DNA of 64,000 bases from an uncultured bacterium (GCA_963695335.1 OY968764.1:1243895-1307894); one strand, 5' to 3'. Shown: positions 17,671-26,968, counted from the stretch's first letter. Made by a program: numbers and translations. Notes: generated by a model not told the origin, from the sequence alone.

Positions 17671-19179
17671 ATGGTGATCATAACAATGTATCGAAACCTA
17701 AAATCTCTCATGTTTTTGTTCCTATTAATTGATCCCATTTTATCTGCATGCGAATATCATCATCTGGAAAATAATATTCCTGAGACAAAAGTTCATTTTA
17801 CTGAGCCAAAAACAAAATCATCACAACAACAACTATTTCCATCTACTTCTCGAAATAGACAGTTATGTCACTTAATAAGAAACAACCTCATTCAACACAC
17901 ATCGCCTACTTATAATCAAAATTTTTCATTTCTTAACAACGGTTCTTCACTATCTTACGTACACAATGGCTTCAAGCATCAACGCCACAATGCAATCGAA
18001 CAATTCACACATAATAACCCAGATATATATACAATTTATTGCCAAAATTACTTTCTTCCAGAACTATCAAAACAATACCTTATCGCTCATAACATAGATA
18101 TTGAACTATTTACATTATGCGAAGGCAATATACTCCAACACATTATTCATCAAGAATTTATTGTATTAACCGATACAACAGCCCATCTCTGGAATGAGAG
18201 AAAAAATTCAGCCGATATCAAAGAGCTAACTTCTGTAATTGCAGATTTTGCAAGCGCCGGCGTTGCTTTTAATCACATTGGAGAAATACAAAAAGCAATA
18301 ACCTTAGCCGATGCCGGATGGACAATCCTTGATTGTATGCAAGCTGCAAGCGAAGGATTTATAGAAGGAATAACATCAGTTACCCATACGGTATTACATC
18401 CTATTGAAGCAGCACAAAATCTTACCCAAACAATAACTACCTGTGGGTATTACTTAAGCATAGCCTTCAATGAAATCAATACTGTTGCAAATGCCCTTGG
18501 AGATGGAAAATTTGATGTAGCTTACAATAGATACAATATATGGAGTGAACACTGTAAAAATATTTCTCAAGCATTAAGTGAACAATGTAAAGATTTAAAA
18601 TTACGCGATGTTGTTAAAGCCTTAACCCAAACAGCCGTGGAATGCTACGCAACAACGCGAGCTCTCAACGGTTTTAATACATTTTTTAAGCATGCTCATC
18701 ATAATGCTGCACAAATTACTCAAAAAATAAGTAATGGTGCACAAGAAAGCACCTTATTAATGTCTACTGAAGGCATCCCTATACGAGTTGCACAAGAAGT
18801 TATCACACAAGCAAAAAAATTACCTCGATCAAATGATAAACTATTGCAACTGCTTTCAAAATTTGAATCTCAAAAAATAAAGGTTGGAAATATCACCTGT
18901 GTCCTTGATAAAAAAGGCTTAAAGCACATTCTTGAAAGACACCACCCATTATATTGGAACGGTACAACAAAAGGTATTCAAACCTTTTTACACGAAAAAA
19001 CAACAATTCAAGATATTGTGCATATTATCAAACAGGTGATAAAACAAAATAGAAAAATAATTGTACAAAATAAAATTATAGATGGGCAAATAGATGGCGT
19101 TATTAAAAATATTGTCTACAGAGTTGGATTTAAACAAGGAAGAGTAGGCCAATTTTATACCCCACTTAATCTATTATAA
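17671..19179 (+). CDS. putative lipoprotein with a C-terminal toxin-like (nuclease/RNase-like) module
   Basis: Lipobox ILSAC after a hydrophobic segment (probable start MYRNLK at 17686), a long helical middle, and a C-terminal ~110 aa KGLKHILERHHPLYW..TFLHEK..VGFKQGRVGQFYTP. A small ORF follows 16 nt downstream. Confidence 0.5.
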   Translation: MVIITMYRNLKSLMFLFLLIDPILSACEYHHLENNIPETKVHFTEPKTKSSQQQLFPSTSRNRQLCHLIRNNLIQHTSPTYNQNFSFLNNGSSLSYVHNGFKHQRHNAIEQFTHNNPDIYTIYCQNYFLPELSKQYLIAHNIDIELFTLCEGNILQHIIHQEFIVLTDTTAHLWNERKNSADIKELTSVIADFASAGVAFNHIGEIQKAITLADAGWTILDCMQAASEGFIEGITSVTHTVLHPIEAAQNLTQTITTCGYYLSIAFNEINTVANALGDGKFDVAYNRYNIWSEHCKNISQALSEQCKDLKLRDVVKALTQTAVECYATTRALNGFNTFFKHAHHNAAQITQKISNGAQESTLLMSTEGIPIRVAQEVITQAKKLPRSNDKLLQLLSKFESQKIKVGNITCVLDKKGLKHILERHHPLYWNGTTKGIQTFLHEKTTIQDIVHIIKQVIKQNRKIIVQNKIIDGQIDGVIKNIVYRVGFKQGRVGQFYTPLNLL

Positions 19180-19195
19180 AGGCGAAAGATTAGAT

Positions 19196-19732
19196 ATGTT
19201 CATAATCAAATCATACATCCATTACCCAAACAGGCCAATTTACGACTTAAAAAAAGTCGAAGAGAATCCCTTATATTATTTTATCGATATCAATAACGCA
19301 AAAGAAATTTTACGAATAAAAAATGATTTAGATTTGGATTATATAGAAGGTGTTTTACATTTGTCTTATAACAACAAAACCATTATTCCTTTTACCTACT
19401 ATGATTTAATCGATCAATTGTGGGCATATTTTTTAAATATGATAGAGGAATTTTTACAAAAAAATTTTTCAGAAATTTCTTTTCCCGATCAACCACTACC
19501 AATGTCAATGAGTAATATATCTGACGACTACATACTTTTTTCGATTAACTTCGTTCAATGGAAATTACCTAAATATGAATTTTTCAATGCTTTATTAATG
19601 GGAGCAAAGGATTTTTTTGAAAAAATGATCTTATTAATTGAAGAAGAAAAAAAATATTCTATATATCAATTAAATAAAATAAAAAAATTAGAACTCAAAA
19701 TTACCAGTTTAAAAAAGCAAACCTATCCCTAA
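19196..19732 (+). CDS. candidate cognate immunity protein
   Basis: 178 aa, acidic, no signal peptide, tightly coupled downstream of the toxin-like ORF. No recognised family. Confidence 0.4.
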   Translation: MFIIKSYIHYPNRPIYDLKKVEENPLYYFIDINNAKEILRIKNDLDLDYIEGVLHLSYNNKTIIPFTYYDLIDQLWAYFLNMIEEFLQKNFSEISFPDQPLPMSMSNISDDYILFSINFVQWKLPKYEFFNALLMGAKDFFEKMILLIEEEKKYSIYQLNKIKKLELKITSLKKQTYP

Positions 19733-20655
19733 AATACATGATTTTTTATATACTTCTGCAAAAAATCAACCACATATGTTGTTATCATCTCTTGCGCATG
19801 CGCACCATCCATAAGCCATGATTGTATTATTGAATCTGGAGTAAATGCGTAATCAGAAAATGTATCGTGCACAATACCGTCAATAATTACTGTTTCCGCT
19901 TGAGGTGATAATACAATAAAAGCATTCAAGGCTGGAAGCCACATCTTATTAAAATACCATCTCCAAAAAAATGAAGAATGATTAGGAACTTTACCCAATG
20001 AGGTAATCTGTCCTGGTACAACAGATGTACCAATAATACACATCACCGGCTTATTAAAGGGAATATGGCAACCAGTACCACACAATGGGCCATCAAGACT
20101 AACGGCTGCTAAAACACAATTCTCTTTACGACACATTTGTAATGCTGTTGATCCACCTAAAGAATGCCCAACAATACCAACACGTGATACATTAATGCTA
20201 TTATATAATGGATCACCCTCACATGAATTATAACGTACACATTCATTAAGTGCGCATATCATATCTGCAACCCACATGTCAGTTTCAATATCAAACATAT
20301 GTTTTTCTTTAAAAAAATGAACATTCCGAGAGGGAAAAAGATATGGTGATTGTGTACCATCAAGAAATTGAACTGGTTTACATCCATACGTATGGGAAAC
20401 ACTTGCCACAACATAACCATGTGATGCAATATTCTTGCATAATGCTTTGTACGTCATACCATTATATGTTCCACCAAGCCCATGTGAAAAAAGAATTAAC
20501 GGATATTGTTGTTTTTGTTCAGCACGTGGAATCCAAACATGCATCATGCATTGCCGATATGAGAGACTAACAGAATGTGGATACACCTCTTGACGGGATG
20601 TATCCACAATACAATATTCAACAAAATTAACGGGAATTTTAGTTGCTGAGCGCAA
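19729..20655 (-). CDS. alpha/beta hydrolase, PAF-acetylhydrolase-like lipase
   Basis: PLILFSHGLGGTYNGMTYKALCKNIASHGYVVASVSH resembles the PAF-AH family N-terminal motif. Nucleophile elbow GHSLGGS. IDGIVHDTFSDY. Confidence 0.75.
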   Translation of the reverse strand: MRSATKIPVNFVEYCIVDTSRQEVYPHSVSLSYRQCMMHVWIPRAEQKQQYPLILFSHGLGGTYNGMTYKALCKNIASHGYVVASVSHTYGCKPVQFLDGTQSPYLFPSRNVHFFKEKHMFDIETDMWVADMICALNECVRYNSCEGDPLYNSINVSRVGIVGHSLGGSTALQMCRKENCVLAAVSLDGPLCGTGCHIPFNKPVMCIIGTSVVPGQITSLGKVPNHSSFFWRWYFNKMWLPALNAFIVLSPQAETVIIDGIVHDTFSDYAFTPDSIIQSWLMDGAHAQEMITTYVVDFLQKYIKNHVF

Positions 20656-20679
20656 CTATAAAAACAAAAAAAAAGAATA

Positions 20680-21156
20680 CTAAATTTTACTCTCTTCAAT
20701 TTCTTTCCATGCAGCATCTTTACCCACAAAGCCTTTTACCTTGGTCCACTTGCCTGGCTCAGTATCTTTATACTGTTCAAAAAAGTGCTTAATTAACTTC
20801 AGTTTTGCTTCGCTGACATCAGACACATCTTGAACGTTAGAAAAAAAGGGATCAACTTTTACAGAAGGTACCGCAATAATCTTATTATCAATACCTGATT
20901 CATCTTCCATTTCAAGCATACCAATAACACGTGATGGTAATACCGCACCTGCTTGAACGGGATGTGTAGAAATAACCACCACATCAACAGCATCACCATC
21001 TTTTGATAAGGTGTTAGGCAAATATCCATAATTAAACGGATAACCCATAGCAGTGTGAATAAAACGATCAACAGCTAATATGCCAGTCTCTTTATCCACT
21101 TCATATTTAACCATTGAACTTTTAGGAATTTCTATCAAAACGTTAATTTCTTGCAT
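20680..21156 (-). CDS. ppa: inorganic pyrophosphatase (family I)
   Basis: EIPKSSMVKYEVDKETG, YGYLPNTLSKDGDAVDVVVIS and DNKIIAVP. ATG at 21156 preferred over the upstream TTG at 21171. Confidence 0.9.
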   Translation of the reverse strand: MQEINVLIEIPKSSMVKYEVDKETGILAVDRFIHTAMGYPFNYGYLPNTLSKDGDAVDVVVISTHPVQAGAVLPSRVIGMLEMEDESGIDNKIIAVPSVKVDPFFSNVQDVSDVSEAKLKLIKHFFEQYKDTEPGKWTKVKGFVGKDAAWKEIEESKI

Positions 21157-21232
21157 GTATGTAACCCCCAATCCCTACTTCGCTTTAAAAAGCTTCGAAG
21201 GGTAAAATAAAATAATTACTAAAATAATTATA

Positions 21233-22420
21233 TCAAAATTTTAGCAAAAGCACCATAGCTACAAAACTCAATACAGCCGCATACAGCAACCCTGCCCCAG
21301 GAGCAATAGTAGACCACAAAGCACCCACAATAATGCTGGAAAGCAAATCCCCAATCCCATCAACAGATTGTAATATTCCCATTCCCGTCCCACGCACGGA
21401 TTCAGGTAAAATATAAGCTGCATGAGCTTTTTCCAATGCTTTGACTGTTCCTGCACTAAACCCTGCACACCCAAAAAATAATAGCCAAAACCATATTGAA
21501 ATGGTATTGACCATAAATCCAAGCGCTGTAATACCAAAAAACCCAAAGCCAAAAAGTGCTAACAACTTTTTCCGATCAACATAATCACTCAAAGTTCCCA
21601 TGCCAAATTCACCACATGCGCGAATAATATTAAAAAAAGCATACAACAAAACCCCTTGCGCTGTTGCAACCATAAACGAATGCCCCTGTCCAAAGAGATC
21701 TTGAACACGATAAATCAATAATACGATATTAAAATTCCCAACGCCAAATAAAAACATTATCCATAAAAAATATATAAATTCTGATGGGAGAGCTTTCATT
21801 TGTTCTTTAAAAGAAACTACAAGCAGAGCACCTGGTTCTGTTTCTGCTTTGTCTTCTTTTGTTAAAATAATAATAGAAAGTGCTGCAAAAATAGCTGGTA
21901 TACCTGACAAGAAAAAAATTGATGAAAGCGTATAATTCCTCTGCAATAATACAAATACGGTTAATGGACCAATCAATGCACCCAATGTATCCCATGCACG
22001 CTGCAAACCAAAAGCACGTCCATAAAATGCTGGTGGAACAATTTTAGCAATCCATGTATCGCGCATTGGTTCTCTAATGCCCTTTGTAAGCCATGCACCT
22101 ACTTTATATATAAAAACCATTATTACTGAGTGCGTTGTTCCAATTAATGCAAGAAAAATGCCTACAAAAGCATACCCAACAATTAAAAACGGTTTATAAT
22201 AAGGAACTCTATCAGCAAGCCATCCTGATAACAATTTTGTTACCGTTGCAGCTGCATCAGCAACTCCCTGAATTAATCCAAGTGCAATTGGTACATACAT
22301 TGGACCAACCAATTGTGCAACAAACATTGGTAAAATTCCTGTTGTCATTTCATGGCACCAGTCACCAAAAAAACTGGCTGAACAAAAACCAATCATATTT
22401 CTATTCAGCCAGCTTTTCAT
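21233..22420 (-). CDS. MFS transporter
   Basis: About 12 predicted TM segments in two halves, with a GWLADR-type loop (LSGWLADRVP). Confidence 0.8.
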   Translation of the reverse strand: MKSWLNRNMIGFCSASFFGDWCHEMTTGILPMFVAQLVGPMYVPIALGLIQGVADAAATVTKLLSGWLADRVPYYKPFLIVGYAFVGIFLALIGTTHSVIMVFIYKVGAWLTKGIREPMRDTWIAKIVPPAFYGRAFGLQRAWDTLGALIGPLTVFVLLQRNYTLSSIFFLSGIPAIFAALSIIILTKEDKAETEPGALLVVSFKEQMKALPSEFIYFLWIMFLFGVGNFNIVLLIYRVQDLFGQGHSFMVATAQGVLLYAFFNIIRACGEFGMGTLSDYVDRKKLLALFGFGFFGITALGFMVNTISIWFWLLFFGCAGFSAGTVKALEKAHAAYILPESVRGTGMGILQSVDGIGDLLSSIIVGALWSTIAPGAGLLYAAVLSFVAMVLLLKF

Positions 22421-22445
22421 ATATTTTCCTTAATGTTTATGGTAT

Positions 22446-24137
22446 CTATATCTTTTCAGCTTTTACCAACAGCTTCTTACCAAAAAATGCAATGGAATAA
22501 ACAATAACATTGTTAACTGATTGCGCATGCAACTCTTGTATGTAATTATTGTCTTTAACTTGTTCCAATCCTTGAGATACTGCCTTTTCAAAATCATGCT
22601 GACTATCAGAATCAGCTTTTTTACATTCAATAATAATACCCATCAATGCCTTATCTTTTGGAATCAACATAAGATCATAACGACCATCGCCGCTCTCACG
22701 ATTTGACCGTACATGATAAGCATCACTTAAAAAAAGTAACATTCCTAAAATAAAAAGATGATAACTTTTTTCAGGTTCATCATAAGAAAAATCATAATAA
22801 CTCATACTATTAGCTACAAACTCTTGTAACGATTTTGAAAAACGTTCAACATCACCATTTTTTAATGCATTGAGCATTGAGGTAATTGATGTAATTTTCA
22901 GAGAGTCGATAAAAATAGCCTTCAAAAGATCATAATATAAGCCTTCTATCTCATTATTTGGTATAACCAATAAGCATAAATATTTTCCTTGCTTGGTTAG
23001 TGTGCGTTCTGCATACGTAATGTAACCAGTAAATAAAAGTAAGTTCCATAAGAAATCAGGATCACGATCAGCATCAGAAAAAGAAAAGGCTTCATTGATC
23101 TGTTTAATTAAAGGTTTTTTGGTAAGTAATTGCTCAAGCTCTTTTTTAGTATCTTCATGAGATTGGGCGATACATTTTTTGATAAGAAGATTGTCACTTG
23201 TATTCACCCAATATGCTTGCAACACTCCTTTATTGCGTGCACACTCTAATATTGACCATGGATTATAAAGTAAAACATCTTTGCCTGCATGATAACCATT
23301 ATACCAATCTTTAATGACCTCTGAAGAAACTGCGACATCCTGATTTTTTAATAGATCATCAACTTCACAAGAAACAAAACCAAATTTATCAGCGAATGCA
23401 TCGTGTAATAATGTACAAACATTCAAATTATTCAGCCCAGAAAAAATACCTTCTTTGGCGGTACGTAAAATTCCAGTTAACACAGCACGCCAAAGGTGTT
23501 TATTATCTTTAAACCCCGCAGATAAAAAACCTCTCATAAAATCAATCATTTCATCATAATAGCCATAATTATAAGAAGCATGAATTGGCGTATCATACTC
23601 ATCAATAAGTAAAACAACACGCTTCTTTGTAATAGTTTCTAATAGCATACTGAGAAACAATAAACTTTGATTAAGATCAGTATAAGAACTATTTCCCTCA
23701 GCAAGCGCTTGAAATATGGTAAAATCATCCCGATCAATCACATGAGCATTCGCCTCTATAAAAACGCGGTGCCGTTTATACTCTCTTGCAATCAATGTTA
23801 CTATTTTATCATACGCTGCTTGCCACGTTTTTTCTTTGATATCTTTAAATGTCAAAAAAATAACAGGGTATTGTCCTTGCAATGAACGGCATGTTTCATC
23901 CTGCCAAATAGCTTTATCACTGAATAAATGTGCATTACTTTCATCCGTTTTTTCAAAAAAGTAATGCAGCATAGATAAATTAAGTGTTTTTCCAAATCTT
24001 CGTGGACGACAAATCAATGCAACACCACCACCAACCTGCAACAACTCTTGAATGAAAAGCGTTTTATCAACGTAATAATATCCATCTTCAATAAGAGTCT
24101 TATAGTCACTAATACCGATTGGCAATGGTCTTTTCAT
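22446..24137 (-). CDS. AAA-ATPase_like N-domain + PD-(D/E)XK nuclease (PDDEXK_9-type) protein
   Basis: LPIGISDYKTLIEDGYYYVDKT..RPRRFGKTLNLSML..LLIDEYD, C-terminal GDGRYDLMLIP..GIIIECK. Start at ATG 24137, because the ORF-track ATG at 24155 lies in a repeat (gcgctcat). Confidence 0.8.
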   Translation of the reverse strand: MKRPLPIGISDYKTLIEDGYYYVDKTLFIQELLQVGGGVALICRPRRFGKTLNLSMLHYFFEKTDESNAHLFSDKAIWQDETCRSLQGQYPVIFLTFKDIKEKTWQAAYDKIVTLIAREYKRHRVFIEANAHVIDRDDFTIFQALAEGNSSYTDLNQSLLFLSMLLETITKKRVVLLIDEYDTPIHASYNYGYYDEMIDFMRGFLSAGFKDNKHLWRAVLTGILRTAKEGIFSGLNNLNVCTLLHDAFADKFGFVSCEVDDLLKNQDVAVSSEVIKDWYNGYHAGKDVLLYNPWSILECARNKGVLQAYWVNTSDNLLIKKCIAQSHEDTKKELEQLLTKKPLIKQINEAFSFSDADRDPDFLWNLLLFTGYITYAERTLTKQGKYLCLLVIPNNEIEGLYYDLLKAIFIDSLKITSITSMLNALKNGDVERFSKSLQEFVANSMSYYDFSYDEPEKSYHLFILGMLLFLSDAYHVRSNRESGDGRYDLMLIPKDKALMGIIIECKKADSDSQHDFEKAVSQGLEQVKDNNYIQELHAQSVNNVIVYSIAFFGKKLLVKAEKI

Positions 24138-24147
24138 TATTTTTCCT

Positions 24148-24174
24148 GCGCTCATTCCTGAGTGCCTGTCAAAG
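24148..24174. repeat. partial palindromic element
   Basis: gcgctcattcctgagtgcctgtcaaag. Confidence 0.6.
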
Positions 24175-24241
24175 TATAATTTATTATCTTTTTGTACACA
24201 ATTTTATTACACAAAATCAAGCATTCGCTTTATTTTATTAC

Positions 24242-25225
24242 TTATTTTGCAAAACAACTTAACGACCCCTTTTTTTTCTTTTTATTTTGTTCTTTATAAA
24301 GTGCAACAATTGATTTACGGAAATATTTGGGTAATCTATCAAAAGATTGATATCCATTTACAGGAACATCAAAATTAATCCAATACGGTGCATATTCTCT
24401 ATAATTGTCTGGTATTATTGCACCTTCAAAATCAAATTGCTTATATGCACCCAGTTGCAACTTATCTTGATTGTTAATTTTATATATCCAATCTTTTTCA
24501 AAGCATAGATATGCTGAAGAGTTCAATAAAGCTTTTAACAATACTGGAAATTCTATAAGAGTGCTGACATCAAAAAATTCATATCTATCTTTCCTTCTTA
24601 TTGTCCCTAAACATATTCTTTCTTCTTGATTACCATCAGCAGAAAGAGAAAACTCTATAACTTGTATATTGTCATGCGCATGCTTGCCTTTATGTAAAAG
24701 ATAACAACAAAAATCTCCTTTTTCATTAAAAAAAGCTGCTGGCTGATGAGGCAAATAATGAAAAGAGCCAGATGGTCCACCCCATGTTGTATAATCCGGA
24801 AGCAACGTCACATTTAAACATCGCCGATCCATTATAAGCTCCTCCTGAAAAGGCCTTCCTCCTCGTAATCCAAAAGTTCGTAATGGCCAATTAGGTCGGT
24901 TGCCAATTGCTATTTTGCCACACACTGCGCCATATTTATGCCATACAACACCTTCAAGGTTATTTTCTTTTTTTACAGCTTCCAGACAATAATCACTTTC
25001 GATAAAATAGTGCTTTCGCCAATCAGCCGTCTGCAGCAAAATTGAATCATACTCTTTACTAACTTTTGCCAAAGCTTGAATCATTCGCCCATCGAACCAT
25101 TCAACACCATGCGTTAAAACAATATTCCATGCAATATTTTTATTTTCAGGGCTTACTACAAGAAGCTCCATAGCTGACAACAATGATGAATAAAAAACAC
25201 ACAAGAAAAAGATCAATACTTTCAT
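24242..25225 (-). CDS. leader-bearing protein with an F-box-like N-region and a polybasic CaaX-like C-terminus
   Basis: Leader ..SSLLSAME. IAWNIVLTHGVEWFDGRMIQALAKVSKEYDSIL is F-box-like. Ends NKKKKKGSLSCFAK*, with Cys at position -4. Confidence 0.5.
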   Translation of the reverse strand: MKVLIFFLCVFYSSLLSAMELLVVSPENKNIAWNIVLTHGVEWFDGRMIQALAKVSKEYDSILLQTADWRKHYFIESDYCLEAVKKENNLEGVVWHKYGAVCGKIAIGNRPNWPLRTFGLRGGRPFQEELIMDRRCLNVTLLPDYTTWGGPSGSFHYLPHQPAAFFNEKGDFCCYLLHKGKHAHDNIQVIEFSLSADGNQEERICLGTIRRKDRYEFFDVSTLIEFPVLLKALLNSSAYLCFEKDWIYKINNQDKLQLGAYKQFDFEGAIIPDNYREYAPYWINFDVPVNGYQSFDRLPKYFRKSIVALYKEQNKKKKKGSLSCFAK

Positions 25226-25296
25226 AAAAAAATCTCCCTAAAAAAATACGCCAATCTCACAATACTGTAAGATTAGCATATTATAGGTGCGCGTGT

Positions 25297-25370
25297 ATAA
25301 TTATAGGAGACTCGAACTCCTATCTCCGTGATTTAGCTCCCCGGATCCTATCCAATTAGACGAATGACTA
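25297..25370 (-). tRNA. tRNA-like element with CUA at the anticodon position (possible pseudo-tRNA)
   Basis: Minus-strand fold by hand: acceptor tagtcat/ataatta (one C-A, one G-U); D arm gtct-aattggata-ggat; anticodon arm cgggg-agctaaa-tcacg (one G-A); 5-nt variable loop; perfect T arm aggag-ttcgagt-ctcct. G rather than U sits at position 33 and no CCA is encoded. Confidence 0.4.
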
Positions 25371-25407
25371 TACAAACAGAGACATGCACCCAAATTTAGG
25401 TTACTAT

Positions 25408-26199
25408 TTACACAAAATCAAGCAACCGCTTCATTTTATATTTTGCATAAAACCAAAACGCAACCGTGAATAAACTCAACATGATACAACACATACCCCA
25501 TGGTAAACAATCTTGTTGTCCCAATAATGCAGCGCGTGTTCCTTCCATCACATACAAAATAGGATTACCCAAAAGTACATACGCAAGCGGCTGAGAAAGA
25601 TTATAAATTGATTCCCATGAAAACTGAAAACCTCCCATAAACCAGAGAGGAAATATAAAACGGGTCCAGACATTTTCCATCTTAGACATTGCACCAACAT
25701 GCGCGGTTACGGCTATGGTGAATACGCCATAAAAAATATTTGCGAGCACGGTGATAATCGCAAATTTTATCCAAGCTACATCTGACAAACTAAAACTATT
25801 AAATAGAATCAATTTACCAAACGGTAACACAAAACAACTGAGTATAATTCCCATGATTACATATGATGTTATCATACTCCACAACACAACTGATGGCCGC
25901 GTTGGCAACGTCAAATAATAACTAATATGGCGATCACCTTCAAAATCAATCATGCATCTGAATGCATTACCATAAATTTCAAAAAGCCCCACGGTTCCCA
26001 TGATAGTCGCCAACTGGAAACAGCCATAATTTGCCCCAAGACCAAATGATTGCATCACATATCCCATAATTACTAATGAACAAAGCACCCAAATATAGAG
26101 GTTGATAACTTTATCAAACAGTTCTTGACGTGCTATATAAAAACGGGTTTTGATTAATTTATAAAAAATATCAAAAAAACGCATACAATGTGTATACAT
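25408..26199 (-). CDS. ABC-2 type transporter permease
   Basis: Six hydrophobic segments. Paralog of 26969..27760 with the same C-terminus KMKRLLDFV. Confidence 0.8.
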   Translation of the reverse strand: MYTHCMRFFDIFYKLIKTRFYIARQELFDKVINLYIWVLCSLVIMGYVMQSFGLGANYGCFQLATIMGTVGLFEIYGNAFRCMIDFEGDRHISYYLTLPTRPSVVLWSMITSYVIMGIILSCFVLPFGKLILFNSFSLSDVAWIKFAIITVLANIFYGVFTIAVTAHVGAMSKMENVWTRFIFPLWFMGGFQFSWESIYNLSQPLAYVLLGNPILYVMEGTRAALLGQQDCLPWGMCCIMLSLFTVAFWFYAKYKMKRLLDFV

Positions 26200-26207
26200 A
26201 ATTTTCC

Positions 26208-26951
26208 TTAATTATTTTTATCTGCATTATCCATCAACGCAATAAATACATCTTCCAGATTCTCCATCTTAAAATCAGCCTTTAATTTGTCCGGTGTATC
26301 AATCAACTTAATTAAACCATTATCAAGCACGCACACGCGGTCAGAAAGTTGCTCCGCTTCATCAAGATAATGTGTTGTTAAAATAACGGTGACACCAAGC
26401 TGTTTTAAATCTCTAATTTGTTGCCACAACTGTCTTCTAATATGCGGATCTAATCCAACAGTCGGCTCATCCAATATTACCAATTGTGGATTATGCATTA
26501 ATGCACGTGCAATCATAAAACGTTGCTTATACCCACCAGATAACACACTCGCTTTTTGATGCAAATATTCGCCCAAACCAAATTGACGAACCAGAAAATC
26601 AAGACGTGTATCAATCTCTTCTTTGGTCATCTGATAATACGTTCCAGACAATCGCAAGTTTTGTTCAAGCGTCAGCGCTGGATCAAGATTGGGGCGCTGT
26701 GGGCAAAATCCAATTTTATAACGGTATGTTGCAATATCATCATAAATTGATACACCTTCACACTCAATATCCCCCTCTGTTGGTGGATGCAATGTTGCAA
26801 TAATAGATGACAGTGTAGTTTTTCCTGCACCATTCACACCTAAAAGCCCTACAATTTCACCTTTATAAATATCAAGAGAAACACCTTTTAATGCTTCTTT
26901 TGTTGCATATCTTTTTTTTATATTTTTTATTCGTAACAAAATATTACTCAT
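26208..26951 (-). CDS. ABC transporter ATP-binding protein
   Basis: Walker A GVNGAGKTT, signature LSGGYKQR, Walker B LVILDEPTVGLD. Confidence 0.92.
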   Translation of the reverse strand: MSNILLRIKNIKKRYATKEALKGVSLDIYKGEIVGLLGVNGAGKTTLSSIIATLHPPTEGDIECEGVSIYDDIATYRYKIGFCPQRPNLDPALTLEQNLRLSGTYYQMTKEEIDTRLDFLVRQFGLGEYLHQKASVLSGGYKQRFMIARALMHNPQLVILDEPTVGLDPHIRRQLWQQIRDLKQLGVTVILTTHYLDEAEQLSDRVCVLDNGLIKLIDTPDKLKADFKMENLEDVFIALMDNADKNN

Positions 26952-26968
26952 ATAATTCCTTTAAACCT

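Noticed and set aside
24138-24155. N-terminal extensions given in the ORF track for 22446..24155, 55287..55877, 13493..15829, 20680..21171, 47370..48365 and 40822..41796.
   Set aside because: The upstream ATG or TTG codons lie inside repeat elements (gcgctcat read on the minus strand) or upstream of a clearly better RBS + ATG shared with paralogs. I chose the shorter starts, but without experimental support.
25226-25407. The tRNA-like T arm could have been the 3' end of tmRNA (ssrA).
   Set aside because: The whole spacer between flanking CDSs is only ~180 nt, which is too short for a tmRNA. There is no GGGG..5' partner for an acceptor stem and no tag reading frame, and a standard-length cloverleaf fits instead.
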